From Antedon mediterranea (taxonomy: Eukaryota > Animalia > Echinodermata), in NCBI RefSeq assembly GCF_964355755.1, contig NC_092680.1:17927045-17991044 (forward strand): a DNA stretch of 64,000 bases, in the 5' to 3' direction. Below are positions 42,401 through 64,000 of this stretch, one piece after another. Made by a program: the position numbers and the translations under genes. Position 1 is the stretch's first letter; each line of letters opens with the position of its first letter. The notes under the pieces were generated by a model, which was not told the origin of the DNA, made no database searches, and was given only the letters and a program-made list of their open reading frames with translations.

Positions 42401-43653
42401 TTATAGCTGCTGTAGTTCAACTTCGGGAACTAGCTAATAATGTTTTTTCTTTCTTTTAGGGTATGGGGTATTTACATGCAAAAGGTATTGTCGTCGGATG
42501 TCTCAACTCCAAAAATATTTATTTAGAATCAAAAGTGAAGGTTTGCATGACAGGACAGGAAACTGTAGATTCTCCGTGTAAAAGGTGGGTTCAGAAGTCA
42601 AGTAATTATAAATAATATCAAAAAATTCGGTAATAAATTGAGCAACTTAGGAACATATTGAGGGCGTGCTATTTAATACTTCGTCCCATATTAAAAATAC
42701 AGATGACTCTAGATTTTTTTTTCAATTATTAAAATAAGCCTTTTTGAGGGCATAGATTTATCGATTTTTACTGTACTGTATTTTATCTAATTAATCCATT
42801 GTTTCTTAAAATTGTCTCCTTTTATGTACTTGGCGTAGGCTACTAGTTTAGCAACTAATAAAATATGTTTTTTTATTTTCAATAGTGATACGCATGCATG
42901 TATACCAAGAGGCCACATTACTTATCTTGCTCCAGAATTATTACGCCGAGCTAAAGTAACACCACCGACTTTAACCATTGACACTACGGTAACGCAACAG
43001 TGTGATATCTACGCGTTTGGAACGGTATTATACGAACTATTGACGCAAAACTGGCCGTTTAGACACTCTTCAATAGCAAGCATCATTTACCAAGTTTCTT
43101 TAGGCTCAAGACAATCAGTTTCTCATATAAAGTGTTCAACGTCTTTAAAGGTAAGCCTAATTCTGTTTCGAATTGACCACTTTATTACAAAAAACTATAG
43201 TACTAGGCCTATGGAAGCAACTAAACGAGAATGATATTAGGATATTTTAACGTGAGTTTATATTATATATAACTTTAATTTCCATTTCTTTAATTTAGGA
43301 CATAATTACAGAATGCTGGGCTCACAATTATATGGAAAGGCCAATGTTTTCAAGTATTATGAAAGATCTTCAAGATAGTGTAAGTTATTTATTTTTTATA
43401 TTTATATTTACCTAAAAGTTCACATATTGCAGAAGCGTTAACAATGTTAAAATTAATTAATAATAATCTTCCATTTTACTTAATATGAGTGCAAAGTTCT
43501 GATTAAAATTTCTGTTAATGCACATGCGCACGTATTTAAATTATAATTATTGTTTTTACGTTTTGTTTGTAGGCCGCTCTTGTTAATATGAACCGAAGCC
43601 GTTCAGAGCCAGAGAACTTGAACAAGCTAGGGGTTCCCGGACGACTTTGGTAA
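36477..43653 (+). CDS. KSR3: KSR/RAF-family (TKL) pseudokinase with C1 domain, KSR3-like, 614 aa. Exons 36477-36589, 37552-37638, 38071-38147, 38817-39395, 40303-40378, 40683-40784, 41546-41704, 41876-41975, 42460-42584, 42886-43150, 43299-43379, 43573-43653
   Basis: All introns GT-AG with consistent phase (1845 nt). C1 domain HRY..CDFC..GLRCKQCNLKCHRKC..PPQC; Ser/Thr-rich linker; kinase fold EWSIPFENL..YRGQWHGDV..SKIRHENIALFMGAC..QIAQGMGYLHAKGI..YLAPELL..DIYAFGTVLYELL..CW..ERPMF; C-terminal RSRSEP. KSR family is secure; the KSR3 assignment and exact start codon are inferred. Confidence 0.85.
42159..42337. mobile_element. Harbinger-like MITE family B, intact copy in KSR3-like intron 8
   Basis: TTA|AGCTTGGTTCCCACTAG ... 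CTAGTGGCAACCACGCT|TTA; nearly identical to 22041-22214. Confidence 0.8.
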
Positions 43654-46600
43654 ACGGATATTAGCCTAAACGTATATCCACCCACCAGATGATTTGAGAC
43701 ATTACTCCTCGACTTATATATCATTAAGATGTTCTACTAACATTACACGGGGGATCAGTGAATGTATAATGCTGAGTTGATGGACATTTAAGAATTATCG
43801 CCTTCTCAATTAGAAAATCAACGTTTTATTACCCTGTCGACGACATGAAGAATGATATATTGGAAAGTGCCTTACTGATGATGATAAACTGCTAAAAACA
43901 AGCTGTTCAACTGCTAATTTGAACTCACGAATGCATTGACGTTCGATATTTTTAATGAAGACATTTTTTCTAGAATGCTACACTTTTTTATAATGTTTTT
44001 ACAAATTTTGATTGCCTTTCTACTGAATAAATAGGAAATTGCGTTTTTACCAGAAAATGTTGAGGCAAACATACAACTTATTGTACGTCATCACATTGCG
44101 TCAGAACTGATTGGATTCGTTCTCTCCTGAGAGTTGAATATATGTCATCGAATCTAAAAATATGTCTAGTTAAGATTTTGTTACACACAACAACGCAGTA
44201 TTACAAGAGTATTCATTTCTTTTTATAGATTTCCAAACTCTCGATTATCTGTTTTGTTAATAGTGTATTTTACAAAATGTCCCGTCCTTGGTGTCAAGTT
44301 GGAGACGTATTTTTAAGCATAAGTTTTATTAATTCATTTTCATTACACAAATATTGTTATTGAACGCCAAATACAGTAGAGGAAGGGATTTTAATCATTT
44401 GTATTATGGGACAACTTCAATCTAAATGTATAAATGATACCATTAGAGAATGTTATGTTCCCTTTTAGCTCATCAGCAGTATTTGGAAATTCTATTTTGA
44501 CCGTCATCTCTGACAAATAGGCCTCTGTATCGTCAACTTATAACAATTATTCATTTATATATTTCTTTTATGGCAATTATTGGGTTATGACACTGCCTCA
44601 TACTATTTTATCATGTTGTGTTCTTGCAAAATCAGCTTAACTTCGTTTTTAAGTCATTAATTTTGCTTAAGTCGATTTTCATAAGCAAACATTTAAAGTT
44701 TTTTTAAATTTTAAATGACGAAATCTATTCTATGGGATAAAACAAACTGGTTTGATAAATAAACCTCCGTTTTCACTTAAGCACTACTTAACTTAAGTAA
44801 AACCGTCGTTTAGTTACTCACCGGCAATTGTTACAATCTTATCGTGCTTCCGTTGCACGTGACTTTGTAGTAGTTTATAAAACGACGATAATGTTGTCAA
44901 TTTACATTATTTGAAAATAAAAACTATTTATATACGTTCTTTAAATCTCGTTTTACTTTGACATAACTATTTTTAGTTTTCAACAATGTATTATAACAAT
45001 TTAACAGCAGTTAAGTTGAAGAATTTTGTACTATTTATATTTTTACCACTGTGAATATAATTTGTTACTGTTTTATTGGACGCTCTCCGTCAAACCCGTC
45101 ACCACACATATTCAACACTAGATGTACGCACGCGTAAAAATACTGTATTTGGTACTCGTGCGTCCACCTTCTGTCTTCTGTTTATTCATGATGGTTTATA
45201 TTTTCTTTCAACAAAATACCTTATGAATCTGAATAAACCGTTAAACATTCGACTACTATGAATAGAATGTTTTACCTGGTCCTATTAGGTCCACAACAAT
45301 TAGTAAGTGTTTGTCATGCAGCCTACGTCCAGTTGCGTATCCGCAATTAAGTGTCATAGGCCTACTTGATATATAAGGGAAATATCTCACATAGTGTGTG
45401 ATTGATGAATACTGTCACTAAAAAGTAGGCCTACATAACACCACAGCAGATGGGCATCTGAATTATATGGAAAAGGGTAATTATTGTAGGCCTACTCTCA
45501 GATCGCATTTGTAATTTGTAAATAATTTGGTATAGAAAATGTGCATCTTGTACTTATGATAGAATGTAGGCCTACAATTGTTACTGACGAATACTTTATA
45601 GTTGTATTAAACAGTTTTTAAGCTCTGTGTCTACACTATTAAACTAGTTTTACCAAAATAGTATGATGTGCCTAAATATGGTAGTGATATATATATATAT
45701 ATATATATTATATAAATGTTCGGTTCAATGTAACCGTCTAGAAAGTGCTCAATACGGTAACAAGCCTGTAGAGACCAAACTGTAGTTTTTACTTCTTTTC
45801 CAGACTTAACGTATATATATTATATATATATAAATCCAAAGGCAAATTACTGAAATATATAGGGGCACATCACTTTTTTTTGTCACATAAAGTTTGATAG
45901 CGTAGACAGAGCTTTAAAATGTAAAATAATTGTCATGTAACCGAGTCCATCTTCAATGTTCCTGTTTCCATATAATCTTTTAAGGTACACATGATGCATG
46001 GACGTAGACATTTAGTGCCAAAAATATCCTCTTTTTTTAATGCGTCTCTCCTGCACTGTAACTTATAAGCCTTGGTATTTCTGATAACATGATGAACCTT
46101 CTTTAGGTTGTAAAAACCTAGTACCTCTTGATTTTAAAATAATTTATTGAATAAATACAAATTGGTATTTTTAATTGTTGAGTGTATAATTGTGTTTATT
46201 TTGTCACATAATTAAATTAAAACAGTATTGTGTAGTTGTTTATAAACAACTTTGTGGATCATAATTTAAGGAGTATGATATTCAAAGGCGAATGGGACCA
46301 CTGGCATTTGTATGATCAACTTTTACAACATAGTTTGTACGTATTTGTACAATATCATGCCGTCGTACACCGGTCTACTGAATAACCTGTACTCACAACA
46401 AGATCACACTCTATTTCATATCAGCAGCAGGTAAACTCTGAAATGTATTTGGTGAAAAAAAATGCAAATCTCTTGTTCAAACAAATGTAGCCTATCAACA
46501 GAATAATTGTTTTTAATGTTGTTAAATCCCTTTTAAAAAATTACATTATTGTATATCAGTTATTTGTAAAAAATACCACGAATATTTGTATTAACTTTAA

Positions 46601-47117
46601 ATATGAATTATTTTTTACCTTGAATTTACCTTGAATTTACCTTGAACTTCGGACATTGAGAACTAGCTCATTTGTCCCTCCATCGTCATAACTGCAAACT
46701 CTTCATTAACGTACGGGCGAAACTACATGACTGGGTAAAGAGTTCCAATCATCTACCACTCTTACCGAATATGCACTCTTTCTAACGTTTAATTTTATCT
46801 TGGGGTTAGAGACTTTGAAACTGTGTCCTCTAGTTTGTTTATAATTAGATTTTTCTCATGATACCTTTATTACCGACACCGTCCATGTTACGAATTGTTT
46901 TTTTCACTGTTGGCGTTCCATGTGAACCGAAGGGAAGCAGCTTTTGTAACACTTGGCGTTCCATATGAACCCAGGAGGAAGAGAGCTTTTTTTTCCCACA
47001 TGTTGTGTGTGTCATGTCAACAATTAGCTGGCGCGCCTATACATATTTAAAATAATAAAAATATCATCGTGTTGGTGATTGCGGAGTAGATAAAACATAT
47101 CTAAATAATTTAGAGAG

Positions 47118-50100
47118 ATGTCTTCATACAAAAAGATTGCAAAGGCGGCTCAGAAAAGTCACAAAGAAAGAGGACAGGTATGTTTAGATTATTCTAGCGT
47201 AGCTAGCTAGGCTCGTGGGAGTTCAGACAGGCTGCTTGTTGTTTGATTGACTGTGTTGTGTGGCATATGGAGTCGTTTCGACCTCGGTTGTTTTATGGAA
47301 ACAACGTGGTGTATATATCCCCATACAAAGTGTATATACAATAATATATGCGAATGCTTAACTCTCTTAATATGTTTTGCTTATTTCAGCTTGCCAACCG
47401 ACGTCATCTTGGTCTTTTAGAGAAAAAGAAAGACTACAAATTAAGAGCAAAGTACGTACTGACTAAATCAATGGAAAATTTCTTTTTTCGCCGTGGCTAA
47501 AGATACGGTACCGTATTCTAACTTCTGTTTACTAAAGGTACGGTAAAATTGCATTACGTCATAATCAGCCAATGGGGTGCTGGTACGTGTGTGACGTCAT
47601 CGTATAAGGACTTGGGGATTTTTTGTTCATATCGCGTCTGTTGTAGAGAATTCCTATCGGCGGCGCCAGGCTGCGTGGATGTGTGTGCCCTGCAGATGAG
47701 GGTTTTATTTTGATTCCAAATGGCCTATTTAGGCCTCTATTTTTTAAAAACTTTGTTTACAATGGTGACCATAAACAACAAGCAAATTCGGACAATAAAG
47801 GGGCCCTTAAATACTATGATTTAGACAGCAGTGTAGCCCCAGGGCTGACGAGTCACAGAAATCAGCGCACACATATGCAGCTAGCTGGCCATGCAGCCTG
47901 GCATCCGCTTTCCCTACACAAACAAACTCATATAATGAGGTTATACCATAGTACGTAGTAAGTAGGCCTGGGCCTCTTTTAAAACGGTTTTCTGTATTTT
48001 AGAATTAAAATCAACATGGCTTTTCAATAATAATAACAGACGTAGGCTACATTTAGTTTTTGTCACACACGACGGCGATAATAGCGATAAATAAAGCATA
48101 AAGAAAATGCGGTTGATCACTACACTGTTTTCGCGATATGAAAAAAAATCCACAAAGTCCTTATACGATGACGTCACACAAGTACCAGCACCCCATTGGC
48201 TGGTTATGACGTAATGCAATTTTACCGTATCTTTAGTAAACAGAAGTTAGAATACGGTACCGTATCTTTAGCCACAGCGTTCTTTTTTTGTGATCTAGGC
48301 CTAGCCTACCCTATATATTATTATTATGGAAACATAATTTATGAAGTATACTCTTTTTTTATTTATTTATGTGTAAATACTCTTAATTTATTTGTGTCTT
48401 AATTGATTGATCCATGAAATGGGAAAGGTAGAAGACAAGATATGGTAACTGATTGAATAAAGTTGTTATTGAACGAATACAGTAAATATATTAATTTAAG
48501 CGTGTTCGAATTCTTTTACAGAGACTATCACAGTAAGCAAGATGAGTTGAAACGACTACGTCAGAAAGCTTTCAACAAAAATCCAGATGAGTTCTACTTT
48601 AAGATGATTAATTCGAAAATGGAGGTATCAAATCAAATGAAAAATTATTTCAAATAAAATAAAATTATGCTAAAATTAGTAATTATATTAAGATAAATAA
48701 ATCTAGGAAAAAACACTTGAAGTAACATTACTTGGAAATTCCTATTAATAAACTTGTTTTGGTCAAGCCATAAACATTTATAATAATAATCTTACATTGC
48801 TTGGCCAACAGCAATTACTGTAGTTAAGAGACCGTTTAACATGAACTTGCTTAGAACCATAACAAAAAGTCTTAGTAGATATAGCTCTATATCTATTAGC
48901 CTTATAAGTTATCCCCTTAATAGATATAGCTCTATTACCTATTAAGGTACCTACTAATAAGTAGATTTTAGGCAGATTTTAGATAGGTCCTAATAGGTTT
49001 TACCTCAGTAGCATAATTCAAAATCCCCACTAATAGTATTAGATAGATTTTTGATTATTTTTGATCTGTGAGTAACACAGTTGTATACATTTATCTATTG
49101 TCTACTTATAATAGCTATACCATGGGCTACCAGCAACCTATTAATAGACATAAACAAACTGATAATAGCCAGTAACTGTTAATAAACAATCTATTTTATA
49201 CAATAGATAGATATGGACTACCAGATAGCTATTAGAAATCTATGAGTATCATATCTATCAACTGTCTACTTATAATAGCTATACTAAGGCTACCAATAAC
49301 CTATCAATAGACTGTTAACAAATAATTAATAGCCAGTAACTATTAATCAACTATCTATTTTAAATAGCTGGGAAGTAGTCATTCCATCGTTGACTCGTTG
49401 AGTTAAAATCCTTAGTAGGAGATAAAAAGGTCTACTTAAAAACTATTAGGGCTACTAAAAATAGAGCTATTTCTACTTATGACTACTTAAATCTACTAAT
49501 TTTTGTTGCTATGGGAATGTACAGTATGCTTAATTATTCCAATAGGATGGTGTTCATCGGAAAAAAAAGAAGGAAAAAGTACAAACTGATACTCAGATTA
49601 GGATGATGGATACACAAGACATTCGTTATGTCAATTTGAAAAGAGGAATTGAGGCAAAGGTAGGCTATTGTTAACCAATTAAAAATTATACTTATACAGT
49701 ACAGGGGGAAAAAACAGTACTTTCATGGGTTGGTGTTGTGTAAAAGACCTTCAAATTAGCTTTAGGCTAGATGGTAGCGTAGCCTTGCCAACATCTGCCT
49801 AGCAAAATTACACCATGAACTACCACCAGACATTCTGTGTCTGTCATATACCCCTTTCACATCAAAACCCTGGAGTGATCTTCGGAGACACTCCGGGGTT
49901 TATGACCATTCAAAACTCTGGAGATACCCCTTTCACACCAACCTAGCAACAACAGGGTTTATAAAAAAAATTTGTAAATGTTGCCCTCTGTTTTGTTTGT
50001 TTACATAGCGACGATCATTAGAATCATTTTAATTTAATAATTATTTTCAAAAGTCTCAGAAGTCATATAATGTTTTATTGATACTACTTATTATTTTTTA

Positions 50101-51844
50101 GACCCGCTATATATTTTTTACAAATATTTAAAGTATTTTGAAATAATACTAAAGCAATGAGTGATCGTGTGAGGATGACCTTTTGACCTAAAAACTCCGG
50201 AGTTTGATGGTACCTTTCACACCAAAACACCGGGGTGTCCCTGCAGTTTGGTCTCCGGAGAATGTTCAGCTGTTCAACCTTTTACCTTTCACATCAAAAC
50301 ACTGGGGCGTCAACTAAATGTCTCCAGAGTTTTGCTTTTGGTGTGAAAGGGGTAACAGTAGCTGTGACTCAAAGAAAAAAACCTGTTTATACAACACGCT
50401 AATTCAACCCGGTTCTCTGTTGGGGTGTTGTAAAAACACAACAGAAAGAGAAAGGGATTACATGTAATGACAAAACTACCTGGAAAGGCTACTTCGGGAC
50501 CAGCCAAATCAGGTTGGTTGGTGAGCCTTTTTAAGTAGCCTCAGGGGACGAGTTGCACTTTATTATAGCAGCTTTTTGCTGACCTTCCTGTTCACAACAT
50601 GGCAGTTAAAATTCATGTAGTACTAGTATAGCTATGTAACAGCTCAGTTTCATCTGTAAAAACCCGCATAATACTAAGAAGTGTGTAAAGTAAGAAGGGT
50701 GTTGTATAAACACAGCCTAACATTGCAAATGTTGCTTACATTAATACAATGACATCTGTTTCAAGGATTTTTTATTTCTAGACAACAAACCTTACATTTT
50801 ATTCTGTATTCATTTAATTTCAGAAAATCGAAAGACTGAAATCTTCATTACATATGCTTGATGAAGCAAGACCAAAAAACAAACACACTTTTTTTGTTGA
50901 CACAGCAGAGGAAGGTACAACTTATTCATTTATCTAAATTTTATTTGTATTTATATCCAGCAGTGTAAAATAGACTAATAACTGGATAGGAAATAGGAAT
51001 AACCTTTTTTGAGACTTGGATAGTTCACTGTTTTTGGCCAGTGGAGGAGAGAAAAATGACATTGCTAGGATTTGAACCTAGTACTTTAGAGTTGTAAGCA
51101 AGCATGTTAACCAACAAAGTTCAGTACCATCATGTTATCTTTCACATGGACTTGAATGAGCGAATTCTTAATATCGTAAACAGTTGAATTAGGCATTTAG
51201 TTTATTAATTTTGTCTAAGCATTGTATGTAAATCCTTTTCTTTTAGCATCAAATTTTGATCCTGCCAAGCACCTCAATACACATCCAGCTCTTATTGGCA
51301 GGACCTACAATAGACCAACAATGGAAACGCTGAAGAATCAAAGATTAGGGCAACATTATGATGAAGATTTTGTAAAAGTAAAGTTTATTTTTTGATAATG
51401 TAGGGCGGTACATATGGTATCCCACAGAAACTGGAAACATTATTTTATAATATTTGAATTTAATACTTCTTTGCATGCAAATAAGCATGATATTAACTTC
51501 TTCATTTTGACATGTTCTCTGATATTTAGGAAATCGAACTAGAAAGACGAAAAAAGTACAAAGAATTATCAGCAAGGATAGAACGGGAAAAGGAACTGTT
51601 TGTAATAGCTCAAAAGATGCAAGCAAAACGAGATATGCATGTAAGTATTTTTGGGAAATAAATGTTTTTGGGAAATAAATGTTTTACATAAAAGGAAAAC
51701 ATAGCATTCTTGCTCTTTTTCTTTTCCCCAAAATGATTCACTATTTGATGTATTTATTAGGAAAAAAGACAGAAAGTAAAAGTGACTGATGAAACGGAAG
51801 ATAAACCAGCAGTCTACAGGTGGTTTACTGAGAGGAAAAAATAA
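47118..51844 (+). CDS. UTP11: U3 snoRNA-associated protein 11, 251 aa. Exons 47118-47177, 47390-47451, 48522-48624, 49546-49659, 50824-50914, 51247-51377, 51530-51640, 51761-51844
   Basis: [104 protein letters not shown], typical Utp11 motifs; GT-AG junctions in phase, 756 nt. Confidence 0.95.
47489..48279. mobile_element. MULE(Mutator)-like non-autonomous element in UTP11 intron 2
   Basis: About 148-bp near-perfect TIRs starting CGCCGTGGCTAAAGATACGGTACCG; 9-bp TSD TTCTTTTTT (47480-47488, 48280-48288). Confidence 0.88.
48857..49515. mobile_element. Degenerate EnSpm/CMC-like element in UTP11 intron 3
   Basis: Ends (C)CCATA..ACAAAAA..TTAGTAGAT / ATCTACTAATTTTTGTTGCTATGGG; AA flanks; body rich in TAGATA/ATAGCTAT motifs. 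Confidence 0.55.
49851..50352. mobile_element. MITE with TIR CCCCTTTCACA[T/C]CAAAA in UTP11 intron 4
   Basis: TA|CCCCTTTCACATCAAAA ... TTTTGGTGTGAAAGGGG|TA, with internal repeats of CCTTTCACA and CTCCGGAG. Confidence 0.7.
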
Positions 51845-52025
51845 CACATGTTATGACTGTGAATATCAATGGTAGGAGGAGAGCACTATTAATTGGAGCT
51901 TCACTTACACATTATATGAGTTGGTGTGTAAACCTGTAGCCAGGGGTTGAGCAGAATTCTAGAGACCAGTAACAGAAGTAATAAAGTGACTATTGACTTA
52001 GTCAAATGGTGGTAGAAATCGTGCC

Positions 52026-52150
52026 CAGGGCCGTAGCCAGCATAAGGAAGACGAGGTGCTCGCCTCGTCTGAAATTTTCAATTACATTAATAATAATTGT
52101 TTTTAAATCATCTTTGCCTCGTCTGTTCTTAACCTCTCGCTACGGGCTTG
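52026..52150. mobile_element. Small MITE between UTP11 and LONP1
   Basis: CAGGGCCGTAGC..GACGAGG / CCTCGTC..GCTACGGGCTTG imperfect TIRs; GTGCC repeated on both flanks. Confidence 0.55.
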
Positions 52151-52518
52151 GTGCCTAGTTCATTTTACTGACCATTGTCTTTATTGAGTACAAGGGTTGG
52201 ATAGAAATAATTAATTTAAATGTGAAGTTAAATGTGCCAATAGATATACTATGTGTGGATGCACTATTGTTTAGTTTTCATTAAATATTGACTGTTCAGT
52301 TATGGTCTGTGTCATGTGCAAGCTACATTTTTAAATAAATTAAATAATGGAACCTAGTAGATGTGTTCACTTCTGTTTATTTTGACTTGATTCTTGTGAG
52401 CAAATCGCAACCGGTAAACCAAGTGCTGTGCAAAGCGCTACTCAAATAGCGCCATCTATTTTTTGAACAAAAAAGAAAACCATGTGTGTGAAAAAAGCAC
52501 ACGCGATCATCGGACATT

Positions 52519-63859
<11,341 letters not shown>

Positions 63860-64000
63860 TAGGTGACAGTGAACCGAGTCAATGTGGGATGTTTTAGTTT
63901 AGAATATGCTCACAGTGATGAATACACATTCGGGAAACATTCGATGGTTGTCTAATCGCTAACAGCTCTATTTATTGAGCTTTGATCTTCCGTCCTAATT

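Overview
AT-rich, intron-containing animal genomic DNA, probably a non-chordate invertebrate. A KSR3-type pseudokinase suggests an echinoderm-like genome, but this is inference. There are four + strand protein-coding genes, each rebuilt by hand with GT-AG junctions and consistent phase: the last two coding exons of CCT3 (2858-6514), a complete 12-exon KSR/RAF-family pseudokinase (36477-43653, 614 aa, KSR3-like), complete UTP11 (47118-51844, 251 aa), and the first 14 exons of mitochondrial LONP1 (52519 onward, running off the window end). LONP1 introns host a SNORD67-like C/D guide for U6 snRNA and three copies of an apparent H/ACA snoRNA with a compensatory stem change; one copy lies in a local duplication that also copied an exon end and its splice donor. 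The rest is dense with non-autonomous DNA transposons (EnSpm/CMC-like, MULE-like, Harbinger-like, mariner-like), including three-level nesting, plus SINE/LINE remnants and minisatellites. Most ORFs in the supplied track are spurious. No prokaryotic-type system (CRISPR etc.) is present.
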